A DNA stretch of 63,841 nucleotides, filler included, from Basidiobolus ranarum (Eukaryota), in NCBI GenBank assembly GCA_040143965.1. It is 25 parts of 25 records of this genome, joined end to end, with 100 filler letters (N's around TTAATTAATTAA, not from the genome) between each part and the next. Parts side by side here need not be neighbours in the genome. Positions count along the whole stretch, not along the records: positions 51,202 to 53,651 come from JASJQH010003327.1; positions 53,752 to 56,201 come from JASJQH010003328.1; positions 56,302 to 58,749 come from JASJQH010003329.1; positions 58,850 to 61,295 come from JASJQH010003330.1; positions 61,396 to 63,841 come from JASJQH010003331.1; 20 more parts are not named here. One strand, written 5' to 3'. Shown here in pieces: positions 51,768 to 63,841 of the stretch. Positions within the stretch are counted from its first letter, which is position 1. Every line of letters begins with the position of its first letter. The notes below the pieces were generated by a model, which saw nothing but the letters and a program-made list of their open reading frames with translations, was not told the origin of the DNA and did not search any database. The translations under genes and the position numbers were made by a program.

Positions 51768-53751
51768 ATTAACCTTATTTCGATTGTGCTATTTATATAG
51801 GGTTGATCAGGGGAAAACCGAGTGACATTCCTGCCAGGCTCCTTAAAGGTTAGTAACGTTTTACCATTTAGTTCTCCAATTTAGACACTGCTTCATCGGC
51901 TATGGTAAATCTACAAATTGCATTCCAAAATGCAGAATGTTTATTCCCAGACAGCTCACCTTTTGTTCTATGTATATCATTTCTGGCCTCTGTCTTACTA
52001 AGACTGGCTCTCTAATGAAGCTATTGATGCTGAATAAACACCTTCATTGCCGACCCACAACACCTCTCCAACCATTGCTAATTTTTGCCCTTGGAAATAC
52101 CATTGATGTATCAATCAAGAAGGTCCGATATACAAAATGAAATGAGTAATTTGTCTTGGTAATGATGAACAATGTTGGGATGGGTTTAGTTGATGTCCCG
52201 ATGCTTAGGTATCATTGTATCATGGGTTTCCCGTCACAATGAGGTTTTACATACATCGATGTACGCTCTGGAGCAATGTCTGGCTATTTCTTTCATGGGT
52301 AAGCAAGAAATAGAATTAATTTGCCCTCATATATTCGTGAGATATACCGATGCAGTGAACATCAAAATTGAGTTTGTACTATCGCTTACATATGTGAAAT
52401 TATGGGATGACAAAGTATCCCTATATGACCGTACTAACGTATCCATTTATTAAACCATTTTGTTAAATCCACAGTTTTTCTCTGTTCCCTTCTGTGGATG
52501 AATCCTTCGCTAATTTAATATTATATCTTAGAATGAGTACCGGTTAACCTATCCCGTCGTCCATACCTTCGAAAGTACTTTTCTCTATAAACTCATTATT
52601 CAGTATTTTGCTAACTAGTACTACTAATTCCCGACCTATAAGCCCCATCCATACTGTCGTTAATTCCCTTTATTCTACATTGTAATCTCTCAGGTTTACG
52701 GTGTAGTGTCAACAATACTTGCTTCGATTAACTCTACTAGAAATATACTGATATTGTATTCCTAGGGTATACTTATCCTTCCTGGTGTAAGACAGAATAA
52801 CTGTAGCTAATAAGTCAAGGTTGAGAACTGACAATGATTAGAAGCCCACTTAAAATACGAAATCTCGAAATGTTTATGCTCAGATTCCAATAACATTCAT
52901 TTTCACTTAATTGAGAAGGAAAGGGCTACAAAGCAATGATCCTAAAGAAGCTAATGCGGAGTTTCAGGAGCAGAAGTAGTGCAGATATTAAAGATTCACT
53001 ATAGAATGCTTATCTATGCGGCATGAGGACCATAGGCCATACGGAGTTGACCAAACTGTTGAATTATCCAAGTGAATTTCAGATTCATGATGTATCATAC
53101 ATTCTAATGTAAGATCCGAGAACTGCGTTTAAACAACTAGAATCTGACGCCATCGAACTAAAATCAGAAGCTTAAATTTCATACTATGGAAAAGAACCAC
53201 AAACAAAAATTTAACAGTCGAGACACCCCTAAGGATGTTGGCGTCAGCTCCCCCTGCCAGGTAAGTATGCTTGTTACATATTGTGATAACCAAGTTTTAA
53301 TTCAAATCTACCGTTCTATATATTGTGGGATGAGGCGCAAATGGTAGGCACTTTAGCACAAAATCAAAAACTTCTTTAATTGACAGCCAGTATTAGTAGC
53401 CAATGATACCTTTGGTTTATGACATGAAACCCCTGCTCATTTCTCTTTAATGTGAACACTTTCAGCACTTCTGGTAAATTTCCTATAACGTCATAAGATT
53501 TATTAAGGTAAATGCTTGCCAATAAATCTCGAAAAGGAATGCAACATCATGAATTTAACAACCAGAGCCGAATGGAATATCCCAATATTTGGAGTGATTG
53601 CCGAAGTCTACAGGAAGAGCAACCCCTAAGATACAATTAGAATCCTCTTTGNNNNNNNNNNNNNNNNNNNNNNNNNNNNNNNNNNNNNNNNNNNNTTAAT
53701 TAATTAANNNNNNNNNNNNNNNNNNNNNNNNNNNNNNNNNNNNNNNNNNNN

Positions 53752-54780
53752 TAGACTCAGACACATTTGTGACTTTGTTGGAAACTTCCAGAACAGTGTC
53801 ACTGTGTTTTCCAGATCAAGAAATGTGATTTGAGAGGAAAAATTTGCTTTTTTATCAAAAATCACATCTGTACACAAAATCTTTGAGCTGGAATTAGGCT
53901 GTAAGCTATGCAACAAAAGAACCTAAGATGATCCACACTTGTTTTTGAACCATAAAAGGCTCCAAAGGTGTCAGTTTCTGTAGCAATCTTGTTGGGCATG
54001 TGTTCTTCATTGAGATCTCAGTGGAGAAAGATTCAGTCGAATGTTGGTGATCAAACTTTTGATAATGTAACAATGATCTTGCCATCTCTAAAACGGTCTC
54101 ATTAGCCCATTTTGCAACTCCAATTTGCCACAGAGTTCAAGGTACAGTAGTTTGTTCCTTAATTTGCTGCTTAGAAAAAACAACAGCAATGTCTTTCAAG
54201 CAGTATTCTCCACCATTGTCCATCCTTAATACTCTGGTTTTTGTGCCGCTTTTTTCTCTGCCATTGCTTGGCAGTACTGGAATGTAGTTATGGCTGAATA
54301 TTGTAATTTGAGAGAGAATACCTTACTATATCTTGTTTTGTCTTCAATAAAGATCAAATACCTTTTGCACCTAGTGAGATGTTTTCCATGGGCCCACCCA
54401 AGTCAGATTGAAGCAGGGCAAATGTTTGAGTAGAATTGATCTCTCCAGAGCTTAAAATTTGGTGTCTGTCATGTTTTCAATATATGCAACCTGAATGCTG
54501 CTTGTTATAATGATATTTTCAATTTCTAAGCCAGAAACAATCTGATTTTGGATTATTTGGGTCAGTTTTTCACCCTCCCATATGGCCTAAACTTCTCTGC
54601 CACCTTTGACAGCTTAGTTATTTGGTTATGGCCTGGTTTGCAGGCTCAGAAGGAATCTTTTCTGAGTTATAGCTGGTTTAAGTTTTGAGTTTGATTCGAG
54701 TGGCAGATCTGATTTTATTAAGATTTGTGATAATATATCCAGCCGTGCTAATCATACAACTTAGTCCTTGATCTGTTGCT
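53752..54780 (-). mobile_element. Highly decayed copia integrase region
   Basis: QSDLGGPMENISLGAK, WQRSLGH-like pre-integrase motif, CTDVIFD. Confidence 0.65.
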
Positions 54781-54789
54781 TTATGTATT

Positions 54790-56201
54790 GAGTGTTTTTT
54801 TTTCTATAATATCCTTCTCATGCTGCAACATAACATTTACAGAAGATCTACTATTATTGTACAAATCCTTATGCTATGGCAGCCTGAGTTTTCATATAAA
54901 AAATAAGCATAAGTGTAGTCACTGTTTAAAGCCATAGCTGTACAAATCCAATCCAGATCCAATCAATTTTATTTTTGTTAGGGTAACTGCTGACAAGTTG
55001 CTTAAGAATACTGCATTAAATGCAATATTGTGGCATAATTGCTTTTCATGGCATGCATAGCAACTTCACAGTTTTGACTTATGATTACACACATATCCTT
55101 ATGAGGAGTGGAGAGTTTAATCCAATCTTAGAAACCAGGTATTTATTGCTTTTCTTACACTTTTTCTACATTTGATTGGCAACTGTTGCTTGCCACAGAC
55201 CTGGTACAAGTGGAAAACACTTGTCAATCATATGACTTATAATCCTTCAATTAATAAACTACCTTGATGTCTAAATGGTGGTTTAGCTTTCACTGATGAA
55301 CTGAAAAACCCAAAGTCATGTACTGTTTGCACACAATTAGCAATCACTGAATCAGGTAGATATTGCTCATATTTGGCTTACATGCTGGTTATTTCCTGTC
55401 TTAAAGTTTTGAAGAAATCACCCATATATAGATCATTGATCCAATACCAAAGTATTCACTGTAAAGCTGATGATATTATCAATATACTTGATGGATTTCA
55501 TTACCAGACTCTGAAAAGTTAAGGTTTCTGTGAGAACACATATGAGCATGTATTTGCATTGGCTCTGGTTGGTTTCTCACTAAACAAACATACCATTGGA
55601 AAGGCTTGCTGGACAATAATTTGAATTAACTTTAATCTTCCTCCTTCTGAATGGTTTAAGAGTCATAATATTTTAACACTATGCATCATATCTAGACCTA
55701 AATCACCAGTGCCTACAGATAGCTTCTTGGAGCCTTTGATTGCAGAATTTGAATGGTTGTCCAATGGGGTTGAGATGTCTGAATATTTTACTAAAGCTAA
55801 TATCATTGTATGTATTGGTGACAGTCCTGCCATCAGTAAACTTGGAGGTTTTCATGGGCACAATGCACTATCTTGCTCTAGATTTTGTCAAATCAATGGA
55901 GTTTACTATAACAGGCATACACATTACGACTGTCCAAATACAACACTAAACTTCATGATTTTACCATCAAGAGCCCAGTCAGATTGCAACATGATCATTG
56001 ATAGCAATTCACCATTTAGTCAGTCTTACATCAAACATGGTTTTAGCCATAAGCCTGATATTATTTTGCTTAAGGGGATCAGCTGGAGCTAGAGCTTCCC
56101 ATTAGGCACCAGGCACTTACTATTCAACAACATTCCAATACTACTTACTCAGCTATATAGTGGAAAATTCAATATGAATGAGCCATTTGAGATAGGATCA
56201 A
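54790..56201 (+). mobile_element. CACTA-like fragments, terminus at 54945-54983 and transposase core (55100-56201)
   Basis: KACWTII.INFNLPPSE, DSFLEPLIAEF, CIGDSPAISKLGGFHGHNA. Confidence 0.88.
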
Positions 56202-56389
56202 NNNNNNNNNNNNNNNNNNNNNNNNNNNNNNNNNNNNNNNNNNNNTTAATTAATTAANNNNNNNNNNNNNNNNNNNNNNNNNNNNNNNNNNNNNNNNNNN
56301 NCAAGATCTGACAAGTTGTCTTTGGAGTTTGTGGTAGCAAGGCTAATGGATCAACATCTCAGAAGTAAGAATTTGGAAAAAGAATCTGA

Positions 56390-58749
56390 GCAAGTGGCTC
56401 TTTTTGGAGCTGAAATATGTGCTGTATGTGCCTGGGATAGCAAAAAATATGTTATCAGTGATTAAAGCTACATCTGAGGGATATAGCTTTAATTTTGATC
56501 AAAATGACTGCACAATCAGTGATCAAAAAGGGAATTACGTAGCTTCTGGAGCTAAGCAAAATAACTTGTACAAACTTCACTATATTAAGCCAATATATGA
56601 ACAAGTAAATACTGCCACAGCTGAAGAGATAAACTGGAAAATCTGGCATAAGAGATTGGGTTATCTAGGAGCTGAAAAATGATAAATTTAAACAAAAACA
56701 ATATGGTTTTGGGACTAAATTTGTGATTCCACTGGATCTTGAGCAATGTGAAGGTTGCATATATGGTAGGCAACACAGACAGCTATTTGTGGGCTCTGGA
56801 ATGAGCAAAATTGATCAGAAATTGGGCCTGATACACTCAGATCTGTGTGGCCCAATGCAGACAAAATTGTTAGGTGGAAAAAGGTATTTTATGACGTTTA
56901 TTGATGTTAAGACAAAGAATACTTGGGTGTACTTTCTGGCCAGTAAGGATGAAGCCTTTGACACCTTCCAGAAATTCAAAGTAATGGTGGAGACTGAAAT
57001 ACGTCTAAAGATTAAGATTATCAGGACTGATATTGGATGGGAATATATCTCAAAATTCTTCTCTAATATCTGCTCTACAAATGGGATAAAACAGTAGACT
57101 ACAGTGCCATATTTCCCACAGCAGAAAGGAGTAGCAGAAAGTACAAACAGATCAACAATGGTAAAGACAAGATCAATGCTTCATGATCAAGATTTACCAA
57201 AACAGTTCCGGGCTAAATTGGTTGCAACTGCAGTATATATTATGAATAGATGCCCTTCAAGATCTCTGTTGGGTATAACACCTTTTCATGCTTGATTTGG
57301 AAGTAAACCTGATGTGGCTAATCTCAGAGTTTTTGGAGGTATTGCATATGTAATGATTCCAGACCAGAAGAGATCCAAGTTTGACTAAAAAAGCCAGAAA
57401 TGTCTTTTTTTGGGTTTTTGTGACGGAACAAAAGGGTACAGGCTATATGACACTGAAAATAAGAGGCTCATCAAGTCAAGGGATGTGGAATTTGTGGAAG
57501 AAGAAAAATGTTCAATTAAAACAATCCAGGATCAAGAAAAACCACCAAAGATTGATGAATATTCTACATTCTCTCACCAGATCTTGATCAGTGAGAAAAA
57601 GATTGAAAATCTCTCACCTGCAGACTCCTCAACCAAGCCTGAGCTGGTTTCATTGTCTAAACTTGTACCAGAAGTTGTAGTGCTAGTTTCCCATATTAGG
57701 AGATCCAATTGGATGAGATCTCCACCTGATTACCACTCTCACACTAGCCAAAAGGAGCCTGGTGCTAATTTAGCCTTTTCTGAAGAGCCCAAATCAGTAC
57801 AGGAGGCTAAGGAGAGTCCCAACATGAAGTTTTGGAGTGCTGCAATGGCAGAGGAGTATCAGTCACTAATAGATATTCCAACTAGGACTTTGGTTTAGTT
57901 ACCTGATGACCAAAAATCAATTGGATGAAAATGGGTGTTTAAAGTTAAGCAGGCAGCTGATGGATCTGTAGAAAGATATAAAGCCTGACTTGTGGCTAAA
58001 GGATACTCTAAAATGGAAGGAGTGGACTACAATGAAACATTTGCTCCTGTAGCAAAGTTTAATTCCATCAGAACCATACTAGCAGTAGCAACAAAACACA
58101 ACTTGAAAATTTATCAAATGGATATTAAAGCTGCTTTTTTGAATGGAGACTTGGAAAAGGATATCATCATGGATCAACCAGATGGTTTTGTAGATCCTGA
58201 GCACCCTAAGGACATCTGTAAGCTTCAAAAATCACTATATGGACTTGAACAATCACCCAGGGCCTGGTACACTAAGATAGACACATACTTGGAATCACTT
58301 GACTTCCAAAAATGTACAGTAGATTTTGGGATCTACTTTATGACAGAAAAGGACAGTATGGTGATACTTGCTTAATATGTAGATGATCTGATTATAGCTA
58401 CCAATAATGATGAAGCTCTCAGGAACATCACAAGTGATCCATCAGTCCAATTCATGGTGACTGATTTTGGTGAACTTGCCTATTTTTTAGGTCTGCAGAT
58501 TCATACAGATATATTAAGCAAATATAATACTCTGAATCAATCTAAATACATCTCAGACACTCTCAGATGTTACAGGATGGTGAATTGCACGCCAGTAGCA
58601 ACCCTCATGGATCCAGGTGTGAAACTAGTCACAAGTCCGATCAAAAATGATAAAAATTGGCCAAATATGGCTCAAAATATGTCATTTGAAAGCCCTGAGT
58701 TCCCTTATCAATTTATGGTAGGTAGTGTGATATATGCTATGACTGAAAC
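56390..58749 (+). mobile_element. Decayed Ty1/copia pol (protease end, integrase, RT)
   Basis: VLYVPGIAKNMLSV, WHKRLGY, CEGC, IHSDLCGPM, IRTDIG, PQQKGVAE, QMDIKAAFLNGDL. Confidence 0.96.
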
Positions 58750-58959
58750 NNNNNNNNNNNNNNNNNNNNNNNNNNNNNNNNNNNNNNNNNNNNTTAATTA
58801 ATTAANNNNNNNNNNNNNNNNNNNNNNNNNNNNNNNNNNNNNNNNNNNNGTGCCAAGAAACACGCCGTATGAGAGGCACTGTAAGGAGAGTCTACATAGA
58901 GCTAAAGAATACTGTCAAATAACGAAAGGTATGGTGCCAAGAAACACGCCGTATGGGAA

Positions 58960-61295
58960 GAAGCAACATGAAATAAGTCAAGAACCCTCAGAGTGACACC
59001 TGGCTTTTGGTTTTTCACAATTGGCTCAAAATTAGGTGATTTTAGGCAATAATCCACACAGTTTCCAAGATGTTAAACCACTCATCATCAGAGCAAGTGA
59101 TGGCAGCTCTGACCTTCAGAATCTTTTGGTTTGCTGGTTTTCCTGTGAGGTATCTACTTTTCTGTGCTCAAGCAAATTCAGGTTGTTGTGTAGGCTTAAT
59201 GGTCTGACACATATTTTGCTCTGCTGGATTGTCACATTGATGTTTGTATGTATGATGTGGGATTGATTGAAATCCTGTATGAGAAAGGACAGATGGAGCG
59301 GCATGTGGCTGTAGCTCAAGTACAGCATTCTGATGGTCTTGTATCATTGTTGAGTGACTTTCTAACTATTACCTAGTTGTTTCCAAATGCTGCAATAATT
59401 GCATTATTGTGGCATTATTACTTGTCATGGCCTAAATAGCAACTTAGTAGCTTTTACTTACAATTGCATACAAATCATTATGGTGCTTGGCCTGCAATTT
59501 TCTTGTTGTAATAATTCTATCAAATTTTCTGTGGAGAGTTGTTAAATAGTGGGCAAAGTAGCCATTTTGGAAGTTGATGGTTTTTCTGGTGTTTTAGTTG
59601 AACTTTGTTGAACTATTGATTTACTACATGATTGGGGGATTATAATCTCTTAACTGGCACTATTGCTGGACAGGAACACATCTGGTAAGTTGATTAATGC
59701 TTCATCATTACTTGAGTTAGTTGCCAGCATGTTGCTGCTCTCCATAGTGCATAGTAGACTGCTAGACTGCTCATCAATTAAGTTCTTGGTTATTGCTGGT
59801 TGCTCTCCTTTCATGTAGGCAGGCTTTGGCTTGGAAGCCAATTTTGATTTAGATTTTGAATGCTTTTTGAATGGCATCACAATTTTCAGATGGTAAGTTT
59901 GGTGTAATGAAATTGCTTAGAAACAGCTTATAATAAACTAAAATTGCCATCCATTACCAGAAGTGTCTTATAAATCCCTTGATGACTCATCTGTGACACC
60001 ATCCCAGAAGCAGCTGATGCTATTGATGGGCTATACCTAAGATTTCTCCCTTAAATAAAAGGTTTTCTTTTTTCCACTATATCCTTCTTGTGCCACAGCA
60101 CAAACCGTTAAAGAAGCTCTGCTATTATTATCAAAAATTCTTGTGCTATGAAAGCCAGAGGCTTAACAGAAAAAATAAGCACAAACACAGTCACTGTAGA
60201 AAGCCACCGGTTGCACAAAGCCTGGTAAATATCAACAGTAATAAGTGCACAAAATCAACTTTAGTTTTGCCCACTAAGTCTGCTGACTGTATTTTGCTCA
60301 AAGTTTTAGTAAAACTGCCAAATCAAGAAAACATGGAGTTACCACATTTATATGACCAGAATGATGTAGATAAAATGCAACTTTGGTCAAACCAATTAAT
60401 CCAGACAACTTTGAGGGTGTGCTGCTGGAAATTGACCTTGGTTATTCCAGTACCTCTGGTAGTATGTCAGAAGTTAAAGAACATGATGCTGGTTTTGTTA
60501 CAGACTCTTGGTTGTTGGCAAAGATTAGTCCACTCATAACACTTATTGTAAAGGAAGCAGCTTTGATTATTAAGGAATCAAGAGTTCAATCCAATCTTAG
60601 CAACCGGGTGTTTATTGGTTTCCTACATTTTTACCACAGTTGATTGGCAATTGTTGCTTGCTACAGACCTGGTACCAGTGGAAAACACTTATTAATTGCA
60701 TGACTTATGATCCTTCAGTGAGTAAACTACCTTCATGTCCAAATGATTGTTTGGCTTTCACTGGTGATCTGAAAAGCCTAAAGTCATGCACTGTTTGCAC
60801 ACAATTGGCAAACACTGAATCAGGTAAATATCATTTATATTTTTGTACATACCAGTATTACCCAACTGAAAGTTTTGATGAAATCACTCAAATGTAGATC
60901 ATTGATCCAATACCATTGTACTCAATGTAGAGCTGATGGTATTACTAATATACTTGATGGATATCACTACCAGAATCTGTAAAGTGGAGGTTTCTTTGAG
61001 AACCTGTATGATCATGCATTTGCATTGGCTCAGGATGGTTTCTTACTTAACAAATATACCATTGGAAAGGCTTGCTAGCCATGAATTTTAACTAACTTAA
61101 ATCTTCCTCCTTCTGAATGGCATAACAGTCATAATATTCTGATACTATCCATCATATCTGGACCTAAATCACCAGTGCTAATAGATAGCTTCTTGGGGCC
61201 TTTGATTGCAGAACTTGAATGGCTATCAAATGGGGTTGAGGTTGGTGAATATTTTATTAAAGCTAATATCAATGTATGTATTGTTGACACTGCTG
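58960..61295. mobile_element. CACTA-like element centre: ORF2 (minus, to ~59890) and divergent transposase (plus, from ~60090)
   Basis: CPNDCLAF..CTVC, LAQDGF, NLNLPPSE, SIISGPKSPVLIDSFL. Confidence 0.88.
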
Positions 61296-61395
61296 NNNNN
61301 NNNNNNNNNNNNNNNNNNNNNNNNNNNNNNNNNNNNNNNTTAATTAATTAANNNNNNNNNNNNNNNNNNNNNNNNNNNNNNNNNNNNNNNNNNNN

Positions 61396-61453
61396 AGCGG
61401 TAGAATAACTGCCTTCCAAGCAGTTGGCCTGGGTTCGACTCCCAGCTAGCGCA
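61396..61453 (+). tRNA. tRNA-Gly(TCC), 5' truncated by the contig edge
   Basis: ACTGC-CTTCCAA-GCAGT anticodon arm; CTGGG-TTCGACT-CCCAG T arm. Confidence 0.92.
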
Positions 61454-61714
61454 CATTTATTTTCCTTTTTTATCAACTAAGCAACCATGGCAGATGGCTT
61501 TCAGGTCTATTCGAGAACAAGTTGCTTTTTAATCTCGAGTTTCTTTGGGTGATTTGGCAGCCTGCTCATATATTTACTTACTTGTGTGTCTACTTCAAGT
61601 TGAATTCATTTTGAAAATCGTAATGGCGCTGTGATGGTAGAAACAAACAAACTAAATCACAGCACTAGGTAATATATGATCAAATCAACATAATCTGACA
61701 TTTAGTATGAAAGT

Positions 61715-61786
61715 GGTTTCGTGGTGTAACGGTTAGCACCCAGGACTTTGAATCCTGTAATCCGAGTTCGATTCTCGGCGAGACCT
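61715..61786 (+). tRNA. tRNA-Gln(TTG)
   Basis: CAGGA-CTTTGAA-TCCTG; acceptor GGTTTCG/CGAGACC. Confidence 0.97.
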
Positions 61787-62021
61787 TATCTTTTGCCAGC
61801 ATTGGGCTCATAATATGCTCCTTCTACATATCCTTTTTTTGGTCGTTGTCATTTGTAAGAGTAGTTTGGTTTGCAGAATAATCTTTGGGAATGCACAGCT
61901 ATCTTCATCTTAGATGATTACTTGTGGCATTCGTTTCAGTGGGGCTATAGTATTTTCGAATCTTATTCATAATGAAATCATCAAGGTTGTGAATAAAGAT
62001 TAGTATACATCCGACAAGTAA

Positions 62022-62093
62022 TCTCGGATAGTATAGTGGTGAGTATCCCCGCCTGTCACGCGGGAGACCTGGGTTCAATTCCCAGTCCGAGAG
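62022..62093 (+). tRNA. tRNA-Asp(GTC)
   Basis: CCCGC-CTGTCAC-GCGGG; acceptor TCTCGGA/TCCGAGA; T-run terminator follows. Confidence 0.97.
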
Positions 62094-62288
62094 CTTTTAG
62101 TTTTATTTTTTTGATCGAAAAAGAAAGCATATTTTTACTTGATCTATTGAATTGGATCAAAATTAACTTAAATGGCTATAAATCTTCCAACACTTGCGAG
62201 GAATAAAGATATATGGTTTTGGGAGATCTATCAAAGCTTACTAAAGATCGAAAGTGATCTCAATCTTAAAGTTACCACTCCTAAATCA

Positions 62289-62360
62289 GGCTCTATGGTC
62301 TAGTAGTATGATTCTCGCTTTGGGTGCGAGAGGTCGCGGGTTCAATTCCCGCTGGAGCCC
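62289..62360 (+). tRNA. tRNA-Pro(TGG)
   Basis: CTCGC-TTTGGGT-GCGAG; acceptor GGCTCTA/TGGAGCC. The D loop reads AG instead of the conserved GG. Confidence 0.93.
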
Positions 62361-62642
62361 GATCTATTTTTTGGTTTTTGGTGAAATAGTCTGATTCCTA
62401 ACATAAACTCTGTATCTTATCACCAAGCAACAGTGTGTCTTCATATAGATCGTATGTGTGGTGAATACAGTCAGTGATTCCATTTCCATAAAGAAGAGGT
62501 TCGGTTCTTACTAATATTTGACATCGATGTGTATATAAATTCAATGGGAGCAGATGTTCTATTTATTAGTCATCGCCATATCTTCTTCCAGTCATGGACC
62601 ACAAAAGAACCAAATTATGCCATACTCACAAGTAACTTAGAA

Positions 62643-62715
62643 GCTTCCTTAGCGCAGTTGGCAGCGCGTTAGTCTCATAATCTGAAGGTCGCCAGTTCGA
62701 TCCTGGCAGGGAGCA
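62643..62715 (+). tRNA. tRNA-Met(CAT), elongator type
   Basis: TTAGT-CTCATAA-TCTGA with a T31:T39 mismatch, G1:C72 and a TTCGA T loop. Confidence 0.96.
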
Positions 62716-63079
62716 ATCTTTTGCTTATAAAGAGTTCTTTTATGCATTTTGTTTGAATTATATTTGGGATGAAGAAAGGAAATTAGCGCGAAATACTTAT
62801 CTTTTTATCTCTGTTCAGAATCGATAGATGTACCTACTGAATTACTCTCTTCGATATTCAAAATGTGAGATTGTAGCAAGCAGAGTATTCAGTGTATTCC
62901 AAGTATTTCAAGTACAGATCCATTATAGGCATGATTTTCCAGTATAAGTAAGCATATGAGCCAAATATGAGGAGAGTTCTCCACGTAGAATACTTGCAAT
63001 AACATGCCAGAGAACAAGGAAAGATGAATATCAGAACGGTTTACTCTTTATTGCGTAACCATTACTTTTATTACTAATT

Positions 63080-63153
63080 GCCCCCGTGGCCTAATTGGAT
63101 AAGGCATCAGACTTCTAATCTGAGGATTGTGGGTTCGAGTCCCACCGGGGGTG
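63080..63153 (+). tRNA. tRNA-Arg(TCT), intronless
   Basis: TCAGA-CTTCTAA-TCTGA; acceptor GCCCCCG/CGGGGGT. Confidence 0.97.
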
Positions 63154-63559
63154 CATTTTGTACTTTTAGACAAAAGTTATCGTTAGGAAGTAAACTTGTA
63201 CATACAAGCTTCTTGTGTTGCTTACTATACTGGGAGCACGTTTCGTCGTAGTGGCTGCTTCAGTACAGTATACTGGCTGAATAATGAATATGAAAAGCAT
63301 AGCCTATGAAATATTTATCTTGGCTTATTATCCATGGCATCTTGAAGCTCAGTCCCTCTCTTCTCATTATTGTCTACCATTGTGGCATCCACATATATAT
63401 GTATATATCCCTTGTACTTTCCATTCGCATCTCTTTCGGTCATCAAGACCCATTCCAGATGTATAGGAGAGTTGGTTCTAAAAGATGTGATTCCACGCTA
63501 CTATGATGAGCCATGTCTCTTTTGCATAAGGAAGAGGAGTGAGCAAATATAAAAGAATG

Positions 63560-63631
63560 TTCCCCATCGGGGAATCGAACCCCGGCCGTCTCGGTGAAAG
63601 CGAGAAATCCTAACCACTGGACCAATGAGGA
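63560..63631 (-). tRNA. tRNA-Glu(TTC)
   Basis: Reverse complement is TCCTCATTGGTCCAGTGGTTAGGATTTCTCGCTTTCACCGAGACGGCCGGGGTTCGATTCCCCGATGGGGAA. Confidence 0.97.
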
Positions 63632-63841
63632 ATTATATATTAACCTATCTCGTTTTGAACACTTATCGCACTTTTTTTAAAATTTATTCAACCTCCTTCC
63701 TTGGCGTGACTCATTGAAGTTCTGCCATTTCCCTTTACTCCTAAAGTTCACAGCTTACTTTGATGTTCTTTGTGGGTTCGTGCATATCTTGACATCTCAT
63801 CAGTAGTATAGGCATCTATAGCATCGTGGTCATACACCATA

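Noticed and set aside
51850-52450. Intron-containing gene on the minus strand
   Set aside because: GTAAGC/GTATGT donors are present but no consistent spliced frame could be built.
58850-58956. 22-bp direct repeat GTGCCAAGAAACACGCCGTATG, about 85 bp apart
   Set aside because: Two copies at a contig edge are too little to interpret; possibly the end of a tandem repeat.
59036-63625. Short ORF-track ORFs, here and antisense to TEs, RPS7 and CWH43 elsewhere
   Set aside because: They are shadow frames or fragments of decayed TE genes with no independent coding evidence.

Overview
This window is not one locus. It is 25 short contigs (2468 bp decreasing steadily to 2446 bp, i.e. sorted by size) joined by 24 identical 100-bp linkers (N44-TTAATTAATTAA-N44), so nothing can be inferred from adjacency across linkers. 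The source is an AT-rich fungal genome with short introns; an early-diverging lineage is plausible but is only an inference. Host genes, mostly truncated by contig ends: an aldo-keto reductase, CWH43, a two-PAS-domain protein, a secreted Gly/Asn/Pro-rich protein, a PPR-like protein, RPS7, a tandem-repeat protein, one tRNA-Thr and a cluster of 7 tRNA genes. About two thirds of the contigs are nested, decayed, CpG-depleted transposons: Ty1/copia, Ty3/gypsy (chromovirus), a CACTA/EnSpm-like family with CCCTAACA termini, and a PIF/Harbinger-like family with GGACTTGTTCC termini plus a derived MITE. The most interesting observations are: (1) a ~250-bp LTR-like repeat, present three times, that carries a tRNA-derived Pol III module missing part of the anticodon arm; (2) a coding tandem repeat in which the same segment is coding in some units and apparently a 54-nt intron in others; (3) two DNA-transposon families, reconstructable across contigs, each with a divergently transcribed second ORF of unknown function.
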